64,000 nucleotides of DNA. It comes from the human T2T-CHM13v2.0 reference genome, Homo sapiens. Location of the stretch: NCBI RefSeq assembly GCF_009914755.1, contig NC_060929.1. The stretch is one strand, 5' to 3'. Shown piece after piece: positions 14,671-34,100 of this stretch. Every line of letters begins with the position of its first letter. The stretch's first letter is position 1. The notes beneath the pieces were generated by a model. That model saw only the letters and a list, made by a program, of their open reading frames with translations. It had not been told where the DNA came from and did not search any database. Made by a program: the position numbers and the translations under genes.

Positions 14671-15294
14671 ATCTTATAACTCTGAATTATCAGAAAGTGA
14701 AGCTTCAGTAATTTGCATCCTTTAATTGTAACAGGAATAATTTAGATAAAGTGGATACTATAGTTTACATTTGCTAAGCCTGTGTAGTAAGAACCTGCTT
14801 TAAAAAATAAACCTTTTTTCAGGGAGTATGTAAAGAGATAAAGAACACATTTTATACCTGTAATTTTCAGATAAGATCCAAAGAGGTCAGACATCTATCT
14901 AATGTTACAGGTAAATAAAAAACTTGGAAATACAGTTCATATTCCCTAACATGGGTATGTTTTTTCCACAATTTTCCTCTATGTTTTTACTCCTATAATG
15001 ACTTCAGATTAGTGAGAGAATCTATATACTTAACTCTCTTCAAATGTTAAAACAAATATAGTACTTGAACATTTTCATTTCAGCTTAACATGAAATTGGA
15101 TAAAACTCAAACAATTGTGAGAGCTATAAATACACACCAACACAACATATGGATACGTTTTATCCCTGAGGATGTAGCACACAGAAAATGAATTTTTACA
15201 ATATATATTAGAAACGTAAAGAAATGGAAAAATACTAATATCTGAGCTGTTTAACATACCTTTATAAAATAGCTTACATTTAAAACATTGATGA

Positions 15295-18885
<3,591 letters not shown>

Positions 18886-19751
18886 GCCAAAATATAAAAA
18901 CAGCAAAGTTTCAACACTTAAATAAAAGTATCTTTCTGGTTTAGAATTTTAAAAAATAAACATACAAAGTACAATAACAAAAGTAAAAGCTAGAAATTTT
19001 GACTATATTATTTTTAATTGTTGAACAGAAGTCACAATAAACTAAGGCAAAGACTGAGAAAATATAAAGCTTGTTTCTAAATTAACTTCTACAGTTATTT
19101 TGAAAAAAATAGCTAGATTTCATCATTCCACAACATATATATAGTTTAAAACATCTTGGTGTACATAATAAATACATACAATTTTACATGTCAAGTAAAA
19201 CTAAATTTGAGCACTCCAGCCTGGGTGACACAGCTAGACTCCATCTCCAAAAAAAAAGTATAAATAATTAAAACTTCATTTGAAAATAGAAACAGGATAT
19301 GAGTAGGCAATTCACAGAACAGGAATCAAAGTGATTAATAAAATGCTGAAAAGATGCTCACCCTTACTGGTAACTAAGGCAATGGAAATTAAAATGATAA
19401 TGAGTTACTATTTTTACATAAGTAACTGAAAAAATGTTAAAATGCTGATAAAATAAAATATTGGCAAAGATGTGTAACAACAAGAAACTTTGCTGGTGCT
19501 TGTTTAAATTTGTTTACCTGTTTTCAAGTTATTGATATATCTTTTAAATTGGAAGATGTACATTCTTTATAAGGCAGCAAGTCCACTACTAGGTATGTAT
19601 CCTAGGAAAATTCTACCATAAGTGCACAGAAGACATGCATTACATTGTCCTTTGCAGCATTTGCAATATTGAAGGCTGTAAACAGCCTAATTGTTCATCA
19701 AACAGGAATAGATAAACCTTTCTTAAAATGTATTACTACAGTAGTTTAAAA

Positions 19752-20014
19752 AAGCAGTTTTCAACCAGGGGTGATTTTGTCCTTTAAGGATCATTTGGCA
19801 GTGTCTGGGGACATTTTTGGTTGTCACACCTGGGAGTGAGGATGCTCCATTGCCATGGTTACCAGTAAGGAAAGAACGAGCATCTTTTAAAGGATCTTTT
19901 CAGTGGGTAGTGGCTAGGGATGCTGCTAAACATCCTACAGTGCACAGGACTGCCTCCTTCACAACAAAGAATTATCTGACCTAAAATATCAATAATTCCA
20001 AGGATGAGAAATTG
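19752..20014 (+). mobile_element. MER20 (hAT MITE) with ~45-nt insert
   Basis: GACATTTTTGGTTGTCAC and GGGATGCTGCTAAACATCCTACA. 8-bp TSD-like flanks GTTTAAAA/ATTTAAAT. Confidence 0.9.
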
Positions 20015-20358
20015 ATTTAAATGAAACTATATTTCTATGTATCAACATGATTGTATCACAAAAGAAAAATATAAATAATATTATATATGAGTTTCAAAAA
20101 TAAGCAAATTGGTACTGTATATAATGTATAGCCATATATTGATTATAACTTTTAAAACATGAATGGAAATAATATACGAACACTAGTACTGGCTTATTTT
20201 GGGAACACTGGAGAATAAAATAGTGTTGGTGGCATTTAGCTATTTAGATTTTCTAAAATAAATAACATATCTGCAGCAAATAAGACAAAATATCTAGTTT
20301 AGTTAAATATGGATGGTGAGTCCTTGAAACATTATTATAAAATTGTTTGTATCTTTAA

Positions 20359-20996
<638 letters not shown>

Positions 20997-22702
20997 TATA
21001 CTATCATTTTTACTGTTAAAAAATAAAGACCTAGTTACTGAATTCCTGAATTTTTTTTAAAGAAGCAACTCTAAAAAAGCACCATAAAATGGAAACTAGA
21101 GCTTAAAGAATAAGGAAAATAACTTCTAATACTTAATCAGTAAAATCATAACATAAAGCCAAAGTCATATTTTAGAACCATGTAAATAAAATTAACTTTT
21201 GTTAAACTCAATCAAAAAAGGAGAAAAGATAAATTAATATTAGCTGTAAAAGGGAAATATAATGCTAACAAGATAGAGGGATATTACAGTAACAAAGTCA
21301 CCCACCACAAAAATAAAAAGCAGAGAATATAAACAATTAACAAAGGAGAAAATAAGAATGCAATAATAATAACTTCATAATGCAGCAAGAATAATGTCAA
21401 TAACTATAATATGCATTCAATAAACAATTGAAAATGTATACAAAGCAATTAAATATTAAGTAGTCATTTTAAAAGATGTTATAATGTTTAAGGACAGTTT
21501 TTTAATACAGGGAAATTATTTATAATATTAAAAATTTTAAATAGTAAATACAGCATGATCTTAAGTATATAAATAATTGAAAACAAAAGGTTAAAGAGCA
21601 AATATGTCTAAATGCTAACTATATTTACCTGCAAGTGATAGGACCATGAGCTCTTTGTTCTCCCTCTTGCTTTTTTATAAGTTTTGTACATTCAATGATT
21701 TACTATATTCAAAACAAACTTAAAGCTATATTATCAGCCCTGCCTGTGCCATAAAGTCTTAATATGACTCTTAATTTTAACATTATTTTTATCTTGAATT
21801 GTATAAAAGCATTAGACTAATGATAGCATATTATTTGGGGGGAGGACTCGTATGATTCAAACTCATCAAGTGTGATTCAGATGTTCACCTTGTGAAATGA
21901 TAGGCACCCTCATGTCCCCAAATTAGCAACAAAATACATGATATGTTCACTATAAAACATAAGTGTATGTAACAGAAAATTCATCTTCCAGGGCAGAGAA
22001 TCACTTGTATTGAGGAGCAGGAAATGGGCTCTGATACTCTCTGGGACCAGCCTAAAAACTCTTTCACTGAAACTAAGACTCCTACTCAATGACTCAAACA
22101 GCTGTGATGAACTGTGTAATCACAGCTGGAGACCACTGGCATAACAACCAGTGATGCTACAGAAGCTATTTTGAAACAACAGCAAACTGCTGTTCTATGA
22201 GCATTAAGGCTGTGCCTATTTCATACTGAAGTTCCATAATCCTGAGAAATAGAATTGAGCAACAAACAAAAATAATGCTACTTTAAGGCAAATGCAGTGT
22301 GACTCACTAAAAAGAATGTTACATATTTATGATTCCTTATTCTGCAAAAGTGTCCATCACTAAAAACCAGGTATTATTAAAAGATAAAGATTTTCCCAAT
22401 TTATCAGGACTATCACAATCAGTCACTTGGTATGAATGTGTCCATTGATTCAAAATCATCCAACTATTTTCTCTTCAGAAATTATCCTCCCCTTGATTTT
22501 TGGCCTCATCTTATCTGGCTTCTTTTATCTTATCCTCAAACTATATTAGTTTCCTTCACCATACCCTATCATTCAAGCAGTCTATTAACATGTGTATTAC
22601 TCCCCCAGTAAAAAGCATATCTCTGTTCCTTTCCTCTCCTATTCTCTCTTCTCCCCTCCCCTCCTTTGCTACCCCTCTTTTCTCTTCTTGTTGTTTCAAT
22701 TA

Positions 22703-23062
22703 CATTCATACATGGCCTAATGATGGGGATATGTTCTGACAAATGCATCATTAGGCTATTTCGTTGTTGTGAGAACATCATAGAGTGTACTTACACAAAC
22801 CTAGATGGCACAGCCTCCTACACACCTAGGCTATACGGTATAGCCCATTGTACTAGGCTACAAACCTGTACAGCATGTTACTATGCTGAATACTGCAGGC
22901 AATTGTAACACAATGGTAAGTATTTGTGTATCTAAGCATAGAAGATGTACAGTAAAAACACAGTATTATATATGATGGATCACCATCATGTGTGCCACAA
23001 TGGACCACTATCTTATATGTAGTCCATTGTTGACTAAAATGTTTTTATGTGGTGCTTGACTG
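22703..23062 (+). mobile_element. Tigger3a (MER7A/Golem) MITE
   Basis: ATCATAGAGTGTACTTACACAAACCTAGATGG core, degenerate TIRs, TA flanks. Confidence 0.9.
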
Positions 23063-23074
23063 TATTATCTTACA

Positions 23075-23265
23075 AATATCTACTGGACATGTACAATATT
23101 CCAAACATTTTAAGTGCTTTATATGCACTATCAATTTCATCCTCTGATTTGATCCTCTAAACAATCTTATAAGGTAATAATTTTTTCTTCCCTTTTAAGT
23201 GAAGACACTGAGGCAGACAGCATTTAACTTACTTATCCAGGGTTACAAAAGTGCTAAGTGATACA
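23075..23265 (-). mobile_element. MIR SINE
   Basis: AGTGCTTTATATGC...GAAGACACTGAGGC...ACTTATCCAGGGTTAC core. Confidence 0.7.
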
Positions 23266-23854
23266 GTTAACTAAGACACAAAACTATGGAGGAGAAACCT
23301 GTTTCTCATGAATGTATACATTTTTTTCCACCTGATTGTATTATTCTGACGTCCAAGGTCCTAATTAGTACATTTTCTGTTTATTAAAAAAAAACTGTAG
23401 AAGAATGCTTGTTTTGATATTTTTGATCCTTTTATTTCCCATCTATTATGATACTACATGCTTACACCACAGTTCCAAAATCAAGATCCTTAAGCTGGTT
23501 CAACAGGGTCTCTTCAGTTTATAACTTCATCTGATGCATCATCTCTATGTTCTTTATCATAGAGGCAGGAACAATTTTTCACAATCACTATAGGGATTTA
23601 GAATTAATCAGCCTAACCCATACTCCTCTCCATCAAATAAGCAAAGCTACAAGGTTGACATCAACTACTTATGACCCATAAATTATATATTCTAACTTGT
23701 CCTTCCAAACTTGCAGAAGTTACTCATTTTCTTAAGTTCAATTTCCAAATGTTAGTTAATCTGACTTTTATCAGCAGTATGACTGTGCTAAACATGAAGG
23801 GAAGGAAAGCAAGACACTGAAGAGACAATTTCTGTCTGTATATCATTTTTCCTC

Positions 23855-24520
23855 CCCAAAACTTGGTATTGTGTGTCTTTGTCACTTTAGCCATCCTGGT
23901 GAGTGTGATTTTGTATAATATTGAGGTTTAAACTTGTATTTGGCTAATAACTGATGAGGTTGAACACTTTTCATGTGTTTACTGCTATTTGAATATGTCC
24001 TTTTATAAAATGTTCAAAACGTTTGCCCATTGGATTGTTTGACATCAATCTGAGTAATTTTTACATATTCTGGATATGGCACATATATTTTGGATATGAT
24101 AAAAAATTCAAACCTTTCTCCCACCCTGTGATTTGCCTTTCACCCTCTTAAGCATATCTTTGATACCATTAAGCTCATAAAAATTGAGGTTCTTAATTTT
24201 AATGTAATTCACGTTATTTTTCCTACCTGCCTAGTTCTTTCTGTGTCCTATTTTTAAACAATTGATCTCAAAGGCATTCTGTTTCCTTCCAAATATGTTA
24301 TTTTACCTTTTATATTTAAATAAATAATCCATCTGAAATTGATTGATGTGTTTATTATAAACAAATGGTTAAAAATTATTTTTCTCCATATATTTATTGA
24401 GTTGACTCAAGAAAACTTAATACAAAGATTCTCCTTCCCCCACAGCACTACAATGCCACATCTGTAATAAGTCGAGTGACCATATATGTCTGACTTTGTC
24501 TCTAGACCCTCACTTCTGTA
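23855..24520 (-). mobile_element. Old L1M ORF2 3' fragment
   Basis: TTTAGCCATCCTGGTGAGTGTG and ACTGATGAGGTTGAACACTTTTCATG. Confidence 0.75.
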
Positions 24521-24572
24521 GTATTCTAGTCCAAGATACATAACCCCAACCTAATCATAAAAAAACAGATAC

Positions 24573-25095
24573 ACCCAAAGGAATATTAATCGTTCTATCA
24601 TAAAAACACATGCACAAGAATGTTCATTGCATCACTTTTCACAATAGCAAAGACATGGAATCAACCTAAATGCCCTTCAATGATAGACTGGATAAAGAAA
24701 ATGTGGTACATATATATCACAGAATACTCTGCAGCCATAAAAATGAATGAGATCATGACCTTTGCTAGAACATGGATGGATCTGGAGGTAATTATCCTTA
24801 GCAAGCTATCACAGGAACAGAAAACCAAATATCACATGTTCTCACTTACAAAGGGGTGCTAAATGATGAGAACACATGAACACATAGAGGGGAACAACAA
24901 ACACAGGCCTAGAAGAGGGACAAGGGTGGGAGGAGGGAGAGGATCAGGAAAAATAACTAAGGAGTACTAGCCTCAATACCTGGGTGATGAAATAATCTGT
25001 ACAACCAACCCTCATGACAGGAGTTTACCTATATAACAAACCTGCACATATACCCATAAACTTAAAATAAAAGGTAAAAAATAAATGAAAAAAAA
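24573..25095 (+). mobile_element. L1PA13/14-type 3' end, inserted in an L1MC/MD 3' UTR (24521-25475)
   Basis: GGATCAGGAAAAATAACTAA..AATACCTGGGTGATGAAATAATCTG. Host sequence resumes at ATCAGACAAAAATTAAGGGACATTC. Confidence 0.85.
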
Positions 25096-28000
25096 TCAGA
25101 CAAAAATTAAGGGACATTCCACAAAATAGCTGACCACTATTCTTGAAAAGTGTCAAGGTCATAAAAACAAGGAAAGACTCGGAAACTGTCACAAGTTGAA
25201 GGAGAGTAAGGACACCTAACAACTAAATACCATGTAGGATCCTAGATTGGATCATGAAACAGAGGAAGGACATTGATGGAAAAGACTGTTCAAGTCTGAA
25301 TTAAGTTTGTAGTTTAGTTAATGATATACTACTGATATTAATTTCTTGGTTTAGATTATTGTGTTGTGGTTTTGCAAGATGTTAACGTTAGCTAGGCTGA
25401 ATGAAGAATACACAGAATACTCTGTACTATTTTTTTAGATTTTTCAGTAAGTCTAAAAATGAGTAATAAAATGTAGTAAATTTTATTTTCCTACCCCTCA
25501 AAATTCCTCAGAATTATATGCCCAACTTATGTTTTGATTATTTTGGTTGCTGTTGATGCATTTCTGGAATATCTCATGGTTTCTTTTTTCTCGTAATAAA
25601 AACAATAGTTCCACTATCCCCAAATTTATCCAGAATTTCTTCCCTATGGTCAAAAGTTTGGAAACCCATTTCCTCTCTTTTACAGAAAAAGGAATATGTG
25701 CAGATTGTGGCAGTAAGTCTGGGCCTATAGCATAACTTAGATCTTTAGTAGGTAATATTTCTAGAGGTTGTAAATTCTATTTACTTCTGGTATGAGTAAA
25801 TATCTAGAGAATGCCTGTTTTTGTATTTTTTATTAATCTTATTCTTTTAATCTGAAAGTTTCTGTTTTCCTTCACCTTTTGGAAATTTGAAATTCTAACA
25901 TTTTAATATTGTATATTCTGAGGTTTAATATGAATTTGTCTTATCAAGCTAAATTCATTGTCAATCATTATTCCATTTCTACTAACTTTTTCTTGTTTCC
26001 CTGTGTTCTCTTTTCATTACATCCTATTCTTTTATACTACAGTACATTCTAGACTCTTCTAACTCCTGAATAACTATTTTCCTTTTAGAGTTTGTTTTTT
26101 ATTTTGGTCTTTTTAATTTTCATTGATTATTCTCCTTTCTGGTTATTCTTGATTGTTTTTTCATATTATTAACAAACCATAACAGTATTAGTCTATACAA
26201 TGAATATGGATTTTCTCCTGTTATTTTTTGAATAAAGCTGGGTCCCTGGAAGGCTTCACCACTGGAAGGTCACCTTAGGGAGCATATGCCTGTAGTACAA
26301 TGCCAGACTGAGCACTTCCTGAATTGCAGAATGAGGAAAGCTTTTCTCTGGAAACACAAATATTCACATTATAAGCCTTAAATTAAAGAAGAATCCTCAG
26401 GTTTTCCATCCAAAAATAAAACTCATTCTACCAGGGAGTCTAGTGATAGGGGTATGGGAATGGAATTGTAGTAAGAGAAAGGAGAGGAGGGAAAGGAGAA
26501 GGTGTAGAAACTGATTAACTGTCATTCAGAAAGAACTTCAGCAAATGTCGGCTGTTTATTCCTCTTCCTAATCCTGGACCTATACTCATAACTAGGACTC
26601 TTCTTAAAAAGAATCGCTTTCACCCCTGCCATGGCTGTAGCTTCCACTGCTTTGCTGTGCCTATAAACCTACTTTAATTCACTTTTCTTCTTCCACAAAT
26701 ATATTAAAATTGCTTCAATGATTACTTCCTCCCAATCTCTCTGCTATTAAAGGTTCATTCTCTCTTTTTTTGGATTTGTATAAAGCCTCTTCAAAGAAGT
26801 CACAGAAGAGTGGAGAAAAATGTTTGTGTGGCCACTCTACCATATTAAACATGAATTTTTAAAAAATGCATTTTAAATCCAGTTCCCAACTTCCATATGT
26901 ATATATTATGTTCAAAGTATTAGAGGTTAAAGCAATAAATAGTATAAATAAGTTGATTATAGTTCATTGCGGAAGCACAAAACATCCAGAACTCTGAAAA
27001 AAGAATATGAAAATATAAAGCATTAAGAAAATAAATCATATAAACAAACATGAATCATAAATAGTAAAACCTTGAGATGACAAGGCAGGTTTTTAACTTT
27101 TATTTTTTAAGATATGCTATGCATATCTTTTCAGAATGTATTGAGCTGGCTACAAACTGCTACACACTGATCATAAGGCAATTTCAATTCTTTGTTATAT
27201 CATGCTTGAAAGGGGCCACTACAAACAGAGAACACATAGGCCAGGGGTGAGCAGAAACTGAGTAGTCCCTGAACCAGGGAGTTAATACCTTCTATCCTCT
27301 TTTATTTCTCATTTACCACTTAGCTTGTTGAAAGGGGATAAATGAGCGAAAGTTGTGCCGGCTTAGAGATATTTGTGTGCCATTTTTCTTGGTCCTGACA
27401 ACGTCACAAACCCCGGTCTTTACCTTGAGATATTGTTACTTATAACAATACAACACTTATATATCCATATATTAAATACCTGGGTAATGGTGAGTATCTG
27501 CCACTTAATTTGGCAGTTTAGGTGGCAGAAGTTCCTCATTTAAAGATAGTTAATTGGATGAGATGTGATGAGAAGCTTTTCAAAATTCCATTCAAGGATG
27601 AATCTCAGGTGATAAATAATGAAAGGATTAATTTTGTATTTAAACACACACAGATAAGAAATGGAATTCAGAATAATGTAGTTTAGAATAGATTGCCTGT
27701 TCATTAATGAGAATTTGTGCTTTAATAATTCTCACTGAAATATACATTAAAAATTTAGTCTCTGAATCAGCATTAGTTATTTACATAAATAACTTAACCA
27801 AAGATGTACTGAAATGTATATCAGTCCATTAAAAATTCTTTATGAAGAAAATGGTATTTAATGGCTTTGTGAGTCTTGTTAATGTTCCCATCCTGTGACT
27901 GACCTGCAGTTTCTACCAAACCAAGACTCACAGTGATCACCGGGTACCACAGCAAATATAATCTCAAACTTTATATTTTTTATGACCATCTAAATGTTTG

Positions 28001-28417
28001 AACACTGACTAAATTTTGAATTTCTATTCTATTTGTTGTAAATAATTATCATCATAACCCATTTAAGTTCTGATGATTTGGCAAGGCATGAAGAAAGAAA
28101 AGCAAAAAACAATAAAACTTTCAGTGTTAACTTTTAAAAAGCAAAATGAAACTACTACTTCAAATTTTAAGGGAAGACATCAGTTTTTATCCAGCATCAA
28201 CTCTCTATTACAATATGGAGAATTATGCAGTAACATATCAATAAAAATATTAATACTTTATATCAATTCATAGTTTACTTAATATCATTACTCGTTTTTA
28301 AGCTTCACAATAAACCTATGGGGTAAGTTTAAATATATCCATTTCAGACATGAGGACAGAGTATAAATGACAATAAGAATCATATCCGTGTTTCAAAACC
28401 AGGGAATTTTTACCAGT

Positions 28418-29145
<728 letters not shown>

Positions 29146-29639
29146 CCAATTAACAGTCAAATAATTCTCCATTATGCTAAAGTTATCTTTATATTGCCCA
29201 TCATAACCTGACATAAATCATCCCAAATATATTTATTTTTTACTTTCCATCTAAATATTTGATATAACTTTAGACAAACTTTTTATAATACATGCAATCC
29301 TGATGTGGTAAACAGAGCATAAGCTTTGTATCATATGTTAACATGGTTTGTGCTGCCCACAGTTAATTGTCATTCAAAATACTCCTGCATAAATTATGCC
29401 AAACTCAGGCCATTGTTTGTGGCTTTCATCCTTTCACTTCAAATTGGTAATACTTCAACAACTCCTCTCCACAACTTTCCCTGTTTATCTGTAAATGCCT
29501 TTCTGGCACTACCATTTTGCTTGTCCTATCAAGATATAGTCCCAAAAACTAAATGTATCAAAGGGTCATATATAAAATATTATCTGTTTTGGCATGTTTT
29601 TTTCTCCTCATCTTTGTGAAACTTGAACTTGGGAATTTG

Positions 29640-30010
29640 GTTCCAGATAATTTGCACTATTCTACTCAAGCAGGCTCTCTCTAAATAGCAGCAAAGATAG
29701 CACTGGACAATTCTAGGAAAACAATGTCTTTTTAATAACTCTTGAACTCTCAGAAAGAGAGCTACTTTCACTTTTCCATGCAGCCAAATAATTCCAGGAT
29801 GAAAATCTCTGCTTGGCTTTATCTGGATTGTGCCCACCTCTGGACTGAATACATGGAAATACACCACTCTCATTGAAGCTGTTATCTCATGATAACTTCT
29901 GTGGCAGGGAGGTGTGATTGTCTAACTAGGCGGAAGAGGAGTAGCTCCAGTAAGGAATAGTGGAATTCTTACTACAAAGAGGGCAAATGAAGACTGAATA
30001 GGCAAAAGCA
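29640..30010. mobile_element. Degenerate MLT1-like LTR
   Basis: End motif TCTTACTACAAAGAGGGCAAATGAAGACTGAATAGGCAAAA. Confidence 0.35.
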
Positions 30011-30136
30011 TTTATTTACTCTATTTGCAAATATTTTTTAAGGACAAATGAGTGTCATCCTCTCTATGTAGCCTTCCCCATTTGTTCCCCTGAGATATCT
30101 ATGAAACATGTTTATGTAAACATTTATCACAGCATA

Positions 30137-30261
30137 AGGTGGCTAAGGCAGGAGAATCGCTTGAATCCAGGAGGTAGAGGTTGCAGTGAGCCAAGATTGC
30201 GCCACTGCCCTGTAGCCTGGGTAACAGAGAGAGACCCTGTTTAAAAAAGAAAAAAAAAAAA
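30137..30261 (+). mobile_element. 5'-truncated Alu right arm within an L2 3' end (30050-30410)
   Basis: 11-bp TSD ATCACAGCATA (30126-30136, 30262-30272). Confidence 0.9.
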
Positions 30262-30877
30262 ATCACAGCATAGTGTACCATTTTGTGTACTGATCTGTTT
30301 CCTCTGTAGACCATAATTCCTTGAGGACTGGGCCTCTATCTTAGCCATTTCTGTATGCTCAATGCATACATAGTATTGAGCACAGAGTAAATCATGAAAT
30401 TGTTCCTTATATTAGTGTATGAAAAGCTTAAGTTCTTTGTCTTTTTTCACACTTGTGCATGTTCAAAATAGCATACACATGAACAATGACTTTAGCTCTG
30501 CAAAAAAAATTATTTGCAGAAATATGATTTAAATATAATGGTTTTGGCTTTAGCAATAGATGGTATGAAAACCGTGTCTGTATCTTTTATAGAATAGCTC
30601 CTGATGATGCAGTGCATTATGTTGATCAATATCCCTATTTAAAAACTTATTTGAAAGTATATTTAAAATCTGACAGTGAAAATTACTCTTCATATTCATT
30701 GTTCACACTAAATACATCTCTCCTTATCATCTGCTATATTTTCTTTTGTTAGATAATGAGAATTCAGTAATGTCTGCTTCCATTTTGCCTTGACTATAAA
30801 GCAACTAATAGATAAAATTAAAGCCTAATTGCCTTAGCCGAATTTAGGCTATTTTTCTGGTATAATTGTTTTCTAAT

Positions 30878-30970
30878 CTAGTTCTCCAGTTAAATCATGA
30901 ATAAAAATCACCAAGGGCACTTGTTTAAAATACATGTTTCTAGGCTCTACTCCCTGAGATTCTGATACTA
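30878..30970. mobile_element. MER5A fragment
   Basis: AAATCACCAAGGGCACTTGTTTAAAATACA..GAGATTCTGAT. Confidence 0.6.
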
Positions 30971-31111
30971 TCAATTATTAGCTTTTGTATTTTGAACTTT
31001 TGACTGGTTTGGAAATTGGTAAGTAAATATGCATGTTTTAATTCTTAAAAGGGTATAGGAACAAAACATATTTCCAAACAGAGGGATAAAGAACTTATAA
31101 AGAACATTACT

Positions 31112-34100
31112 GGGTCCTGCTTCATGTACCACCCAACTTGGTAAGACACTCCAACATGGGTTATCAGACACCCTATACAGGAGCGATCCTATTGGCATCA
31201 GGTTGGTGCCCCTCAAGGTCAGAGATCCCAGAGGAAGGAGCAGGCACCAATCTAGGCTGTTCTCCAGCGTCCTTGAGTGATATCTGCAGGTGCTAGAGTG
31301 AGCCAGATGAATAGGGCCTGAAGTGAAAGCCCAACAAACCACAGCAGCCCTACAGAAGAGGTACCTGATCATTGAAAGAAAAACAAACAGAAACCAACAA
31401 CAACAGCAACACAACAAAAAAGTTCCTGCAAAAAACCCATCCAAGAGTCAGCAGCCTCAAAGATCAAAACTAGACAAACTCATGTAGATGAGAAAGAATG
31501 AACAAAAAAAGGCTGAAAACCCAAAAGGTCGGAGTGTCTCTTCTCCTCCAAGTGATCACAATGCCTCTCCAGCAAGGCCGCAGAACTGGATGGAGGATGA
31601 GATGAATGAACTGACAGAAGTCAGCTTAAGAAGGTGGGTAATAACAAACTCCGCTGAGCTAAAGGAGCATGTTCTAACCCAATGCAAAGATACTAGGAAC
31701 CTTGATAAAAGTGAGAGGAGCTGCTAACTAGAATACCCAGTTTAGGGAGAAATATAAATGACCTGACGGAGCTGAAAAACACAGCACAGGAACTTCGTGA
31801 AGCATACACAACTATCAACAGCCGAATCAACCAAGTGGAAGAAAGGATATCAGAGTTTGAAGACCACCTTGCTGAAATAAGGCATGCAGACAATTTTATA
31901 GAAAAAAGAATGAAAAGGAACAAATATAGCCTCCAAGAAATATGAGACTATGTGAAAACACCAAACCTATGATTGATTGGAGTACCTGAAGGGGACAGGG
32001 AGAATGGAAACAAGCCGGAAAACACACTTCAGGATATTATCCAGGAGAACTTCCCAAATCTAGCAAGGCAGGCCAACATGCAAATTCAGGAAATACACAG
32101 AACACCACTAAGATACTCCATGAGAAGATCAACCCCAAGACACATAATCATCAGATTCTCCAAGGTTGAAATGAAGGAAAAAAAATGTTAAGGGCAGCCA
32201 GAGAGAAAGGCCAGGTCACCTACAAAGGGAAGCACATCTGCCTAATAGCAGACCTCTCAACAGAAACCCTACAAGCCAGGAGAGAGTGGAGGCCAATATT
32301 CAACATTCTTTAAAAAAAGAATTTTCAACAGAGAATTTCATATCCAGCCAAACTAAGCTACATAAGTGAGGAGAAATAAAATCCTTTACAGACAAGCAAA
32401 TGCCAAGGGATTTTGTCACCACAAGGCCTGCCTTGCAAGAGCTCCTAAAGGTATCTCTAAATATGGAAAGGAAAAACTGGTACCAGCCACTGCAACAACA
32501 CACCAAAATATAAAGACCAATGATACTATAAAGAAACTGCATCAAGTAGGGTGCAAAATAAACAGAGAGCATCAGGATGACAGGATCAAATTCACACATA
32601 ACAATATTAACCTTAAATATAAATGGGCTAAATGACCCAATTAAAAGACACAGACTAGCAAACTGGATAAAGAGTCAAGACCCATTGGTCTGCTGTATTC
32701 AGAAGACCCATCTCACGTGGAAAGACACACACACATAGGTTCAAAATAAAGGGATAGAGGAAAATTTACCAAGCAAATGGAAAGCAAAACAAAGCAGGGG
32801 TGGCAATCCTAGTCTCTGACAAAACAGACTTTAACCAATAAAGATCAAAAAAGACAAAGAAGGGCATTAAATAATGGTAAAGGGATCAATTCAACAAGAA
32901 GAGCTAACTATCCTAAATATATATGCACCTGATATAGAAGCACCCAGATTTACTGAACAAGTTCTTAGAGACCTACAAAGAGACTTAGACTCCCACACAA
33001 TAATAGTGGGAGACTTTAACACCTCACTATTAATATTAGATTAAGGAGACAGAAAATTAACAATGATATTCAGGACTTGAACTCAGGTCTGGATCAAGTG
33101 GACCTAACAGATATCTACAGAACTCCCCATCCCAAATCAACAGAATATACATTCTTCTCAGTGCCACACAGCACTTATTCTAAAATTAACCACATAATTG
33201 GAAGTACAATACTCCCCAGCAAATACAAAAGAACTGAAATCATAACAAACAGTCTTTCAGACCACAGTGCAATCAAATTACAATTCAGGATTAATAAATA
33301 CTCAAAACCACACGATTACATGGAAATTGAACAACCTGCTCCTGAATGACTCCTGGGTCAATAATGAAATTAAGGCAGAAATCAAGAAGTTCTTTGAAAC
33401 CAATGAGAACAAAGGAACAACATACCAGAATCTCTGGGGCACAGCTAACACAGTATTAAGAGAAAAAATTATAACACTAAATGCCCACATCAGAAAGCTA
33501 GACAGATTTCAACTCAACACGCTAACATCACAATTAAAAGAGCTACAGAAGAAAGTGTAAACGAATCCAAAAGCTAACAGAAAACACTAAGATCTAACTA
33601 AAACACTGCTCTGACTAAGATCAGAGCAGAATCAAAGGAGATAGAGACACAAAAAACCCTCCAAAAAATCAACGAATCCAGGAGCTGGCTTTTTGAAAAA
33701 AATTAACAAAATAGGCCACTAGCTAGATTAATAAGGAATAAAAGAGAAAAGAATCAAATAGACACAATAAAAAATGATAAAGGTGATATCACCACTGACC
33801 CCACAGAAATACAAACTATCACCAGAGAATAGTATAAACACCTCTATGCAAATAAACTACAAAATCTAGATGAAATGGATAAATTCCTGGACACACACAC
33901 CCTCCCAAGACTAAACCAGGAAAAAGCCAAATCCCTGCATAGACCAATAACAAGTTCTGAAATTGAAGAAGTAATTAATAGCCTACCAACCAAAAAAGCC
34001 AAGGACCAGATGGATTCACTGCCGAAGCCTATCAGAGGTACAAAGAGGACCTGGTACCATTCCTTCTGAAACTATTCCAAACAATTAAAAGGAGAGACTC

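Noticed and set aside
23461-23560. Minus-strand donor GTAAGC after TEETLLNQLKDLDFGTV
   Set aside because: In-frame stop just upstream, no good acceptor, and the peptide is not recognised.
30971-31444. 157-aa minus-strand ORF
   Set aside because: Antisense reading of the L1 5' UTR running into flank, with no support for translation.
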